Assembly: GCA_050123975.1 (NCBI GenBank)
Contig: JASFGC010000001.1
Span: forward strand, 1 to 41,655
DNA: 41,655 nucleotides
Source of the DNA: Syntrophobacterales bacterium
GTDB lineage: Bacteria; Desulfobacterota; Syntrophobacteria; BM002
Direction: 5' to 3'
The translations under genes were made by a program, and so were the position numbers. The notes below the pieces were generated by a model. It was not told the DNA's origin, ran no database searches, and worked only from the letters and a program-made list of their open reading frames with translations. Shown here piece after piece: positions 1 through 9,206 of the stretch. Numbering within the stretch: the stretch's first letter is position 1; every line of letters begins with the position of its first letter.

Positions 1-6
1 CCGAAA

Positions 7-675
7 ATGACCAAGACTGAGGTGCGAGTAGAAGATGTTGGTATTTCACTATTTGCAGGTCAGGCCAAACTCAAAGATTTTTATCTCGGCAACCCCAAAG
101 GATTCAACTCACCGCAGGCCATGAGCGTAAAGGCTATCTATGTGGATGTGGATGAGAAGTCAATAACCGGCAATCCGATTATCATCGAAAGAATCGAGGT
201 GGTAGCTCCGGAGATCAACTATGAGAAGGTGCGAAAAACGGATAATTTTAAGACCATCTTAAACAACGTCAAAAAAAGCGCCCGTAAGTCAACGTCTTCT
301 ACCTCGAAAGAAAAGTCGTCAAAAGATGGCGCAGGGAAGAAACTCGTAATCAGAAACTTTATCGTTAGAGATGGTGACGTCAAGATGGCCATGTCCACAC
401 AAGGTGGCCCGAGCCTCAATGCCTCAGCGTCCCTGCCGGACATCCACCTTAAGAACGTAGGAGAAAAGAGTGGTGGCGCCACAGCTGAGGAAGTCTTTAA
501 CATAATATTCGCAGAACTTTACACGAAGATCGTTTCCCCTGCCGTGACCGCTACACTCAACAAAGAGCTCAAGTCACTCGTTTCCCAAGTTCCCATAGAA
601 AACGAGGAAACCAAGAAAACAGTTGAAAAAACTGTCAATGAAGCGGTCAAAGGGCTGTTCGGTGGCAAGAAATAG
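7..675 (+). CDS. hypothetical protein, possibly AsmA/DUF748-like C-terminal region; 5' end may lie outside the window
   Basis: 222-aa ORF. The frame is open from base 1 (ccg aaa atg), so it may be truncated by the window edge. It has beta-rich repeated segments and a Ser/Lys linker. The family call rests only on remembered resemblance. Confidence 0.35.
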   Translation: MTKTEVRVEDVGISLFAGQAKLKDFYLGNPKGFNSPQAMSVKAIYVDVDEKSITGNPIIIERIEVVAPEINYEKVRKTDNFKTILNNVKKSARKSTSSTSKEKSSKDGAGKKLVIRNFIVRDGDVKMAMSTQGGPSLNASASLPDIHLKNVGEKSGGATAEEVFNIIFAELYTKIVSPAVTATLNKELKSLVSQVPIENEETKKTVEKTVNEAVKGLFGGKK

Positions 676-832
676 TAGCTGGAGAACAATAAACAGAGCA
701 GGGGATGGGTTTATTTCGGGCCTTATATCTCAGCCAACGCAGGGAGACTTCCTCCGACTAAGAGACATCTTATTTTTTTCTAGGCGCTCTAGGATGCATG
801 GGGGCTATAGTCGCCATTATGAAATATCCGGT

Positions 833-1198
833 TTAAAGCCAGGTGGCAAAGCGGAGAGCCAAACCGTCAGGGCCAGCAATGATGAAGTCTCGCAAGCCAT
901 AATACTGGTCCTCAATCGGGCTTAATATTTTTGCTCCCATCTTATTGGCAAGAGTCCAGTATGCGTCCACATCGGGCACCATGACTCGCATATTGCCGAT
1001 CGGGGTCGCTGGAGGCGGCGGAGTACCCGGCACTGCTGATAAGAATAACCGGGCGTCTTCCCACTTTAGTTCCATAAAGGTTCCCTCATCTCTCACAACC
1101 TCAAATCCGTAGCTTCGGTAAAACTCACTGGACTCTTTTATGTTACGAACGTGAAGAGCAACGACCAGTTGCTCACCCTGATTCACGTAACTCTTCAT
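833..1198 (-). CDS. VOC (glyoxalase/bleomycin-resistance/dioxygenase) family protein
   Basis: Typical VOC pattern: VALHVRNIKESSEFYRSYGFEV ... GLRDFIIAGPDGLALRF. The track start at 1234 is TTG. I prefer the ATG at 1198, which has GAGG about 10 nt upstream. Confidence 0.7.
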   Translation of the reverse strand: MKSYVNQGEQLVVALHVRNIKESSEFYRSYGFEVVRDEGTFMELKWEDARLFLSAVPGTPPPPATPIGNMRVMVPDVDAYWTLANKMGAKILSPIEDQYYGLRDFIIAGPDGLALRFATWL

Positions 1199-1475
1199 AA
1201 AGATAACCTCAGAATGATCTGTACTTCGTTGCAAACTATCTTATTCGTTTACTCGTTGACAAAAAAAATGACGTTGGGTCCGTGCGGAATTGAGGAATTC
1301 AGAAATTCAAGAAATGAAAATCTCCACAAAGTGTAAATCTATTCATATTGGAGCAACCTCCCAGTTGCGATACAATGGCATCAATAGATCCTCATATCGC
1401 AAGCAAAGCTTGCTCCTACGGGAGCTATTATAGTAAGTGCTGTTAATTTCTTCCTTGTGCCATGCGCCTTTCATC

Positions 1476-1524
1476 AATCTGCAATCTGCATTCTGCATTC
1501 TGCATTCTGCATTCTAAAATCTAA
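1476..1524. repeat. tandem heptamer array, 7 units of A(A/T)TCTGC degenerating to AATCTAA
   Basis: Direct reading: aatctgc aatctgc attctgc attctgc attctgc attctaa aatctaa. Confidence 0.9.
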
Positions 1525-1534
1525 TACTCGGTGA

Positions 1535-2137
1535 TCATTTTTTCTTGAGTTTCCTGAGTTCCAGGGCGCAGACTGACGGATCCGGTTTCTTGTTGATATC
1601 CGTCACCTGAATGAATCGTAAGTACCCTTCTTTATCGACAATAAAAAGGGCCCGCTCAGTAACGCCATCGGATCGCAGCACTCCATATGTCTTTGCCACT
1701 TCGCCGTGTGGCCAGAAATCTGACAGCACATGAAACCACACATCTCCAATCTGCTTTGTCCAGGCATGGAGCGTTGGGATGTTGTCCACCGTGATCCCGA
1801 GTAGTACTGCGTCGGTTTCGGAAAAGACATCTTTTACAATATTGTAGCCCGGCCATTGCTTAGAGCATACAGGGGTCCAGGCTGCAGGAACAAATGAGAT
1901 TACAACATTCTTCTCTCCATGGAATTGGTGCAGAGCAATCTTCTCACCGGAAACCGACGGCAGAACAAAATCTGGGGCAAATTCGCCAACTTTTACCTTC
2001 AAAACGCTGTCTATGGGTTTTCGTTTTCCCGGGTCGTAGATACTCTTTTTTAATTCTTCTGACCGCCCCGAAGTGCGACTATTTAGACATACTAGTACCG
2101 CCACCAGAACCACACTGAGCTTCAGCAATCTTCTCAC
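1535..2137 (-). CDS. secreted peroxiredoxin (AhpC/TSA-redoxin family)
   Basis: N-terminal signal peptide (MRRLLKLSVVLVAVLVCLNS). Peroxidatic Cys motif FVPAAWTPVCSKQ. GTG start with AGAGG upstream. Confidence 0.8.
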   Translation of the reverse strand: MRRLLKLSVVLVAVLVCLNSRTSGRSEELKKSIYDPGKRKPIDSVLKVKVGEFAPDFVLPSVSGEKIALHQFHGEKNVVISFVPAAWTPVCSKQWPGYNIVKDVFSETDAVLLGITVDNIPTLHAWTKQIGDVWFHVLSDFWPHGEVAKTYGVLRSDGVTERALFIVDKEGYLRFIQVTDINKKPDPSVCALELRKLKKK

Positions 2138-2274
2138 GGCTATAACCTCTTCAGATCAGATCCAGAATTTGCAGGAGCACTGTAAATTAACTTAGATTAT
2201 AGGAGAGTTCAACTTCTCTAACCCGGACATTTCATGAATCCGAAATTCGTCCCCCCTACCCCATGCTCCATGCT

Positions 2275-2727
2275 CTAATCCTCCGGCTCAAAGTGACAAA
2301 CCGCCGAAGATTCCAGGCATAAAACTTGGCACAGCTCATCAAGCACCTTTTGTTCCGGTTCACTGAAATCGCCGTCTGCTTTGGCAATCAGGATACCGCC
2401 ACGAACGAGCAGTGAGGCTTTCTCCTCATCGCCAGAAAACTTAGCAACAGCTTTCAACACCTCTTTTTTTGCTGTGCCAAAATCCTCTTTGATTGCTTTG
2501 CCCCAGTCTTGGAACAGATTGACCGCCTGGTGTACATCGAATACTTTGAGTTCGTTGACGTTTTCCAAGATGAAATCGAGTGCCAGCCGTTCCGAGAGCA
2601 CGATCTCTTCGTCTGCAAGAGCTAAAAGAGCAGTAGCCGCCATCATAGAATCAAGGAATGGTTTATTGCGATGTCGTTCCAGTTTCTCTGCCATTGATTT
2701 TCTGGCGGCACGAAAGATATTAGCCAT
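2275..2727 (-). CDS. TerB-like (tellurite-resistance TerB fold) protein
   Basis: 150 aa, helical, with acidic EE/DGD motifs (LALADEEIVLSERLAL ... IAKADGDFSEPEQKVLDEL) typical of TerB/DjlA-N domains. Confidence 0.55.
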   Translation of the reverse strand: MANIFRAARKSMAEKLERHRNKPFLDSMMAATALLALADEEIVLSERLALDFILENVNELKVFDVHQAVNLFQDWGKAIKEDFGTAKKEVLKAVAKFSGDEEKASLLVRGGILIAKADGDFSEPEQKVLDELCQVLCLESSAVCHFEPED

Positions 2728-2827
2728 AATCTTCCCCTTGTCTTTTAGCTAGTTCAGAGATCTATTGAGCCCAGCGTCTCCTAAGGAAAGGTATTATAAC
2801 CTACCAGCCCTTTCTCACAACTATTGT

Positions 2828-4708
2828 TTAAGCATCTGTGGCATCATCGAAGTCCATGTGAATCTCTATATCGCCCCCTTCCCTCGATGTTTTCAGGTTG
2901 GGATATCTTTTTTTGAAAACGCGGATCATTGCTGCATTTTCTCGCAGGACGTAGGCGGAAAAAGCTTTGTACTGGTTTTCTCTGGCGATCTTCTCAAGAA
3001 CTCCGAGAAGGTAGGAGGCTATTCCCATGCCCTGATGGTCCTCGCGTACAATGAAGGCCACCTCCGCAGTGGTTTCGTCCACCATCCCATATGAACCTGT
3101 GGCAACCACATCCAAGTTTCCCCTGTTACGCACCAGACCGATCATGGTCATGTTTTTTTTGTAGTCTAGTGTGGCCAAATGCTTCTGCAGATCTTCGTGG
3201 GTAAATATCTTCCTGTTATGAAAAAACCTGTAATAGATGGTCTGCTTGGTGAGAGAATAGAAGAAATTCCTTGAGGCCAGTTCATCCGACGCAAGAAGGG
3301 GGCGAAACTCGATGGTTCGGCCATTCTTCATGAGCATGGTGCTCTTGTAGCCGTCCAGAAAAAGCAGGTCTTCTGGTTGTGGAGGTAATTGGGTGGGGAA
3401 TATGTAGTGGCGCTCCTTTGCCGCCTCCATGAGATCTTCACGAAATTTGGGATGAGCTATCTGGGCCAATTCCACCACTCTCTGATAGATGCTTTTCCCC
3501 TGAAGTTCCGCGATACCGTATTCGGTCACCACGAAATTCACATCACCCCGCGTGGTGGCCACTCCTGCCCCTTCTGACAGGTGGGGCACTATGCGAGATG
3601 TTTTACCTTCTTGCGTTGTAGAGGGCAGCACAATGATGGAAAATCCCCCTTTGGACATGGTACTGCCGCGGAGGAAGTCCACCTGGTCTCCGAGGCCGCT
3701 GTAGAACAAGTATCCCATGGAATCGGAGCACACCTGGCCCGTAAGGTCTACCTCCAAGGCGGAACTAATTGAAACCAGGTTATCGTTTTGGGCGATAACT
3801 GTCGGATCGTTGACAAATTCCGAGGAGCGGAAATAGAACATGGGATTGTCATTCACGAAGTCATAAATTTTCTCTGATCCCATACAAAGGGAGGCCACCA
3901 CGCGCCCGGGAAGAAATGTCTTCCTTTTGTTAGTTATTGCCTTCTTTTCAAAAAGAGGCAGAAAGCCATCGCTGATCAGATGAGTATGTACCCCCAGGTC
4001 CCTCTTTTCGCCCAGATATTTCAAAATGGAGTAAGGCAATTGCCCAAAGCCGAGGTGCAGCGTGGCCCCGTTATCCACGAGCTGGGAAACGTAATGGCCG
4101 ATTCTTCGGGCCACCTCGGTTTCAGTTATCGTAGGGAGAGAAACCACCAGAGGTTCTTCATGCAACACCAGGTAGTCGATTTCATCCACATGAACAAAGC
4201 TGTCTCCTGAGGTCCTGGGCATCATGGGATTGATTTGGGCAATAACCAACTGCGCATTGTCCATTCCTGCTCGGGTGATATCCACAGAGACACCCAGGCT
4301 GCAATTGCCAAATCTGTCTGGCGGACTCACCTGTACGAGAGCCACATCAAGACCGATGCGTCTTCTGTAAAAAAGCCGCGGAACCTGAGAAAGGTAAGCC
4401 GGTATGTAATCAATCTTGCCATCGAAAGCGGCTTCCCGCATGGCGAGACTGATATGGAAAAGCTTTAATGAGAACCTGCTCAGAAAGGAATCGTCATCAA
4501 CATAATCCGCCAGCGTCTGAGAAAGCATCTGATAGACGATCATGTCTTCTAGTTCGGTGTTTTGCACCATAGCCCGGATCAGGTGCTGGGGCTCCCCGCA
4601 TCCTGTACCAAGGAAGACTCTGCTACCAGGTTTAACTTTTGAGATTGCTTGAGTAGCCTCAACTATTTTTTCAGGGCAATAGTCGCTCAACCATTTAGTG
4701 TAGTCCAT
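2828..4708 (-). CDS. acetyl-CoA hydrolase/CoA-transferase family domain fused to a C-terminal GNAT acetyltransferase domain
   Basis: The N-terminal ~430 aa carry the AbfT/Cat-type signatures ALEVDLTGQV and GDQVDF. The C-terminal ~150 aa carry the GNAT core QGMGIASYLLGVLEKIAREN. Confidence 0.8.
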   Translation of the reverse strand: MDYTKWLSDYCPEKIVEATQAISKVKPGSRVFLGTGCGEPQHLIRAMVQNTELEDMIVYQMLSQTLADYVDDDSFLSRFSLKLFHISLAMREAAFDGKIDYIPAYLSQVPRLFYRRRIGLDVALVQVSPPDRFGNCSLGVSVDITRAGMDNAQLVIAQINPMMPRTSGDSFVHVDEIDYLVLHEEPLVVSLPTITETEVARRIGHYVSQLVDNGATLHLGFGQLPYSILKYLGEKRDLGVHTHLISDGFLPLFEKKAITNKRKTFLPGRVVASLCMGSEKIYDFVNDNPMFYFRSSEFVNDPTVIAQNDNLVSISSALEVDLTGQVCSDSMGYLFYSGLGDQVDFLRGSTMSKGGFSIIVLPSTTQEGKTSRIVPHLSEGAGVATTRGDVNFVVTEYGIAELQGKSIYQRVVELAQIAHPKFREDLMEAAKERHYIFPTQLPPQPEDLLFLDGYKSTMLMKNGRTIEFRPLLASDELASRNFFYSLTKQTIYYRFFHNRKIFTHEDLQKHLATLDYKKNMTMIGLVRNRGNLDVVATGSYGMVDETTAEVAFIVREDHQGMGIASYLLGVLEKIARENQYKAFSAYVLRENAAMIRVFKKRYPNLKTSREGGDIEIHMDFDDATDA

Positions 4709-4746
4709 ACATTCTCCTCAAGTGACCATGGTGTAATTTCAACTTT

Positions 4747-4795
4747 AAATCTAAATTCTGCGATCCGCAATGTGTAATCTTAATTCTGCAATCTT
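4747..4795. repeat. degenerate heptamer array (AATCTNN / GATCCGC family)
   Basis: aatctaa attctgc gatccgc aatgtgt aatctta attctgc aatcttt, read in a 7-nt register. Confidence 0.7.
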
Positions 4796-4832
4796 TTCGC
4801 CTTAGTAAAACATTTGAAATATAACCACATTC

Positions 4833-4861
4833 TTGACAAACATGCAGTCGGCTACCATAAT
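4833..4861 (+). promoter_or_regulatory. sigma-70-type promoter candidate TTGACA-N17-CATAAT, ~340 nt upstream of pta
   Basis: Perfect -35 hexamer at 4833-4838, 17-nt spacer, CATAAT at 4856-4861. No ORF of 60 aa or more lies between it and pta. Confidence 0.45.
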
Positions 4862-5203
4862 TCGAAGTAGAATAACATTTCGTTAGGGGTTAGGATTCAT
4901 CTACCAGCTTAGATCCCAAATATTTTACAACATTGTAACAAACAGAACCGAGCTCTCCAGATAGAATATCGCCCCGGAATCTGCCGTGCGAAGGCGATGG
5001 CTACTGTTCTATCAACTACCGCGAGAAATGAGCACAGGGACAACTCAGTGAATAAACAGTTCTTGCTAGCCATAAAGGTGCTGATATTTTTTTGGTAGAA
5101 GAGCCAGATCTGAGTTAACAGATTGGCCTGCTAACAAGAGGACGAATACATCGACGCGGGTGCAGCCCTTGACGCGGCAGCTCGAACAGGAGGCAATGAC
5201 TAC

Positions 5204-7291
5204 ATGTCCAACAATCTATATATCGCATCAATGGAGCCAGCCAGCGGCAAGATAGCCCTGGTGCTCGGGGTGATGGAAACCCTCTCCAGAAGGATCAGGA
5301 ATATCGGTTTCTTTCGACCTATTATCAGGTCCGGTGACAAACCCGACAACAACATTCAACTCATTTTGAGCCGCTACAACCATGAGCTGTCTTACGAAGA
5401 CACCTATGGGTACACCCATGAAGAAGCGCGAAACATGATTGCAGGGGGGCAATACAATGAGCTCCTGAAGAACATTGTCAGCAAATATAAAGGGCTGGAA
5501 AGTCAGTGTCCTTTTGTTCTGTGTGAAGGAACGGATTTTACCGGTGTTGCTTCAGCCTTCGAGTTTGACTTCAACGCTGACGTGGCGAACAATCTTGGGG
5601 CGCCAATCCTAGCGGTGGTGAATGGGTTTGGCAAATCCCCGGCTGAAGTGGTGGATGGAGTGCGGGTGGCCCGGGAGTCTTTTAGAGAGCATGGCTGCAC
5701 TCTTGCGGCGACAGCAGTCAATCGAGTCACAGCAGCCCAAGTTGACGACATTGTCGAGCAGATAAAAGGTTTGCAAGGTGACGGTGAACCCCTCTACATA
5801 CTGCCGGAAGAACCAACCCTTGGAAAACCGACGGTCGGTGAAATCGCCAGGGCCCTGAATGCCACAGTCCTTCAGGGTGAGTCCAATGAATTGAATCGTG
5901 AAGTCCGCGATTTCAAGGTTGCGGCCATGAATTTGCCGAATTTTCTGGATTATGTGGTAGACGGTGCCCTGGTCATCACACCGGGCGATCGTTCCGACGT
6001 GATTCTGGGAAGTGTAGCCACAGCTTTTTCAGAAACGTATCCAAACATAGCGGGGATTCTTCTCACAGGCGGCTTGACTCCGGAACCCCAGGTGCAGAGG
6101 TTGCTTGAAGGTGCGAAAAGGTCACCCACTCCGATAATTTCAGTCGATACAGATACCTATACCACTGCCATGAACGTAAGTGCGGTGCCGGCCGTGATCA
6201 CCCCTGATAACGAGCGCAAGATCGCAGCCGCACTCGGCCTCTTCGAATCCATAGTAGATTTAGAGGAGTTTGGAAATCGCATTACTGGGATTCGCTCTGT
6301 CAGGGTTACACCGATCATGTTTGAGTATCAGCTCATTGAGCGGGCCAAATCTGATAATCAGCACATCGTCCTGCCGGAAGGCGACGAGGAGCGCATTCTC
6401 CGGGCCACTGAGGTACTTCTTCGCCGCAAGGTGTGCGACATTACTTTGCTGGGAGATGAGAAAAAGATTCAACAGAAGACAGCTTCTCTGGGGCTCAATC
6501 TGGAGGGGGCAAAGATTGTAAATCCAGTACAATCCGAATGGCTTGAAGATTTCGCCGGAACGTATTTTGAGATGCGCAAGCACAAAGGGATCTCCGAAAA
6601 GATGGCGGCCGATGTCATGACCGATGTCAGCTATTTTGGCACCATGATGGTATACCAGGGTAAAGCAGATGGCATGGTATCAGGTGCGGTCCACACTACT
6701 GCTCAGACGATTCGGCCAAGCTTCGAGATCATTAAAACCAAACCTGGTTGCTCTATCGTTTCCAGTGTTTTTCTTATGTGCCTGGCAGATAGGGTACTCG
6801 TGTATGGGGATTGCGCTGTGAATCCTCACCCGAATGCGGAGCAACTGGCTGATATCGCCATTAGTTCAGCGGAAACAGCAACCATGTTCGGGATCGAACC
6901 CAGAATCGCAATGCTTTCATACTCAACAGGGGAATCTGGCAAGGGGGAGGCGGTGGAGTCGGTGCGACAGGCAACTACCATTGCCAGGGAGCGTCGGCCA
7001 GATTTGAAGCTTGAAGGGCCGATCCAGTACGATGCCGCGGTGGATGCAAGCGTTGCAAAAACCAAGCTCCCCGAAAGCGAGGTTGCCGGACAGGCAACGG
7101 TATTCATTTTCCCTGACCTGAACACCGGTAACAATACCTACAAGGCGGTTCAGCGTTCCGCAAACGCGGTCGCTGTGGGACCGGTGTTGCAGGGGCTGAA
7201 CAAGCCGGTGAATGACCTAAGCCGCGGTTGCACGGTAACGGATATCGTCAACACCGTGGCCATCACCGCCATTCAGGCGCAAGAAGCCTGA
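5204..7291 (+). CDS. pta: phosphate acetyltransferase, long form (P-loop/DRTGG N-terminal region + PTA_PTB catalytic domain)
   Basis: 695 aa. The C-terminal half has classic Pta motifs (HIVLPEGDEERILRA, SGAVHTTA, IFPDLNTGNNTYK). It is followed by ackA. Confidence 0.95.
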   Translation: MSNNLYIASMEPASGKIALVLGVMETLSRRIRNIGFFRPIIRSGDKPDNNIQLILSRYNHELSYEDTYGYTHEEARNMIAGGQYNELLKNIVSKYKGLESQCPFVLCEGTDFTGVASAFEFDFNADVANNLGAPILAVVNGFGKSPAEVVDGVRVARESFREHGCTLAATAVNRVTAAQVDDIVEQIKGLQGDGEPLYILPEEPTLGKPTVGEIARALNATVLQGESNELNREVRDFKVAAMNLPNFLDYVVDGALVITPGDRSDVILGSVATAFSETYPNIAGILLTGGLTPEPQVQRLLEGAKRSPTPIISVDTDTYTTAMNVSAVPAVITPDNERKIAAALGLFESIVDLEEFGNRITGIRSVRVTPIMFEYQLIERAKSDNQHIVLPEGDEERILRATEVLLRRKVCDITLLGDEKKIQQKTASLGLNLEGAKIVNPVQSEWLEDFAGTYFEMRKHKGISEKMAADVMTDVSYFGTMMVYQGKADGMVSGAVHTTAQTIRPSFEIIKTKPGCSIVSSVFLMCLADRVLVYGDCAVNPHPNAEQLADIAISSAETATMFGIEPRIAMLSYSTGESGKGEAVESVRQATTIARERRPDLKLEGPIQYDAAVDASVAKTKLPESEVAGQATVFIFPDLNTGNNTYKAVQRSANAVAVGPVLQGLNKPVNDLSRGCTVTDIVNTVAITAIQAQEA

Positions 7292-7293
7292 GA

Positions 7294-7410
7294 GATTTCG
7301 GATTGGGATTGCGGATTAATGAAAGGCGCACGGCACAAGGCGTAAGGCTTAAGGCAATAGTAGGCTAAATCTTTTCCTTGCGCCCTGAGCCTTGAGCCGT
7401 ATGCCTCTTT
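7294..7410. repeat. composite heptamer arrays: GGATTGC family, then AAGGC(G/T)T units, a spacer, then inverted GAGCCTT units
   Basis: gatttcg gattggg attgcgg ... caaggcg taaggct taaggca ... ctgagcc ttgagcc gtatgcc. The two halves are roughly reverse-complementary. Confidence 0.8.
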
Positions 7411-7473
7411 TGATACTGGCTCCTGAATCCTTTAATTTCAGATCTTGATAGGTAACTTGAGAGAGAAAGGCAG

Positions 7474-8694
7474 ATGAAAATTCTGGTCATCAATTGTGGG
7501 AGTTCCTCCATCAAGTATCAGTTGTTTGATATGGAAAACGAGGTGGTCATGATCTCGGGCCTTGCCGAGCGGATTGGTGAGCCCGAGGGGAAGCTCACCC
7601 ACATTAAATATCCCGATACAGAAGAAGAACTGACCCTCGTCAAGGAAGAACCTATTCCAGATCATAAGGCAGGCATGAATACCATTGTAAGCCTCCTGAC
7701 CGACAAACAACATGGGGTCATAGAGGATGCTGCTGAAATCTTCGCAGTTGGTCATCGGGTAGTACACGGCGGCGAACTTTTTCACGCGCCCACCTTGATT
7801 AACGACGAGGTCATCAAGGCCATTGAAGAGACCATTCCCCTCGCCCCGCTGCACAATCCCGCCAATTTGATGGGCATTAGGGTTGCACAAACTCTGATAC
7901 CGCACGCCCCCCAAGTTGCAATCTTCGACACCGCCTTTCATCAGACCATGGCGCCTGAAGCCTTTCATTACTCATTGCCCTATGAATACTATGAGGAGTT
8001 GGGTGTCCGCCGCTATGGTTTTCACGGTACGTCCCATAGCTATGTGGCCAAAGAGGCGGCCAAACTCATGGGCAGGACCCTGGATGAATTGAACCTGATG
8101 ACCATACATCTGGGCAGCGGTGCCAGCACCTGCGCCATTGAAAAGGGCAAAAGCGTTGACACCTCCATGGGGATGACTCCTGTGGCGGGAATCATTATGG
8201 GAACACGCTCTGGCAATATCGATCCTGGAATTATGACCTATTTGGCCAAAACCAAAGGAATGAGCATAGAGGAACTGGACCACGTCCTCACTCATGAAAG
8301 TGGACTCAAAGGGATTTGTGGTCTCAATGACATGCGTGACATTCACAGAAAGGCAAAGGAAGGAGATATGCGGGCGCAGTTGGCCCTGGCTATGTTTGTC
8401 CGCCGGATAAAAAAGTACATTGGAAACTACCTGGCGATTTTGGGCCGTCTGGACGTGATCGTATTCACTGCCGGCATCGGCGAGCATGATGTTGAGATTC
8501 GTGCTCGGTGTTGTGAGAACTTGGAGCGGCTTGGCATTGTACTCGATTTGGAGAAAAACAAACAAGAACATGAGGGACCGCTGCAAATCAATAAGCCCGA
8601 GAGTGAGGTGGCCTTATTGGTGATTCCCACAAATGAGGAACTTGAGATTGCGCAGCAGACTCGGGAGCTATTGGAGGAAAAGGGATTCAAGTAG
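7474..8694 (+). CDS. ackA: acetate kinase
   Basis: MKILVINCGSSSIKYQLFDM N-terminus, plus FHGTSH and TAGIGE motifs. Confidence 0.97.
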   Translation: MKILVINCGSSSIKYQLFDMENEVVMISGLAERIGEPEGKLTHIKYPDTEEELTLVKEEPIPDHKAGMNTIVSLLTDKQHGVIEDAAEIFAVGHRVVHGGELFHAPTLINDEVIKAIEETIPLAPLHNPANLMGIRVAQTLIPHAPQVAIFDTAFHQTMAPEAFHYSLPYEYYEELGVRRYGFHGTSHSYVAKEAAKLMGRTLDELNLMTIHLGSGASTCAIEKGKSVDTSMGMTPVAGIIMGTRSGNIDPGIMTYLAKTKGMSIEELDHVLTHESGLKGICGLNDMRDIHRKAKEGDMRAQLALAMFVRRIKKYIGNYLAILGRLDVIVFTAGIGEHDVEIRARCCENLERLGIVLDLEKNKQEHEGPLQINKPESEVALLVIPTNEELEIAQQTRELLEEKGFK

Positions 8695-8710
8695 ACTGCG
8701 GATTTGAGAA

Positions 8711-8740
8711 GGCATAGAGCATAGAGCATAGGGTATAGAG
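8711..8740. repeat. tandem heptamer array (GCATAGA family, ~4 units) between ackA and the ferredoxin gene
   Basis: ggcatagagcatagagcatagggtatagag, directly followed by the RBS aaaggaga. Confidence 0.85.
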
Positions 8741-8753
8741 TAAAGGAGAACCC

Positions 8754-9206
8754 ATGAAAACCACGAAGATTCTAACCACCCCCCGAATGGAGCGGTGCAT
8801 CGGCTGTCACGCTTGCTCATTGGCCTGTGCCCGGCTGGTGAACAAGCGGTTGTCCTGGGACACGGCTGGAATCCGTATTATCTCTTCGGGTGGCCTGTCT
8901 ACCGGCTTTGAGGCAAAGCCCTGCCTGGCCTGTAATCCTGCCCCCTGCGCTTTAGCCTGCCCAACAGGTGCCTTTTTCCAGCGCAAAGGCGGAGGGGTGC
9001 TGCTCAAAAAAAAGCTCTGCATACAGTGCGGAGAATGTGCCTCGGCCTGCCCTGTTGATGCCATTTACCTTGATGCCACTTCAGAGCCCTTTGTTTGCAT
9101 CCACTGCGGTCAGTGTGTGCCATTTTGTCCCCATGAATGTCTGGAAATGACGGAGATTCCGGTTGAGCCCTTGCCTGAGGAGGCGGGAGAGGAGGTGGCG
9201 CCATGA
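8754..9206 (+). CDS. 4Fe-4S ferredoxin-domain protein (four Cys clusters), partner of AOR
   Basis: CIGCHACSLAC, CLACNPAPCALACP, CIQCGECASACP, CIHCGQCVPFCP. Its stop overlaps the AOR start (ATGA). Confidence 0.85.
   Translation: MKTTKILTTPRMERCIGCHACSLACARLVNKRLSWDTAGIRIISSGGLSTGFEAKPCLACNPAPCALACPTGAFFQRKGGGVLLKKKLCIQCGECASACPVDAIYLDATSEPFVCIHCGQCVPFCPHECLEMTEIPVEPLPEEAGEEVAP

Noticed and set aside
623-1336. Short ORFs 623-925 (+) and 1151-1336 (+)
   Set aside because: They overlap the 3' end of the first gene or the VOC gene in other frames. They have no RBS and no recognisable domain.
7972-8586. Long antisense ORFs inside ackA (7972-8586), aor (10376-11008), pyk (16208-16723), groEL (35948-36403) and others on the track
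   Set aside because: They lie fully within strongly recognisable genes on the other strand and have Arg/Ser/Leu-rich shadow-frame composition. No independent signal supports them.
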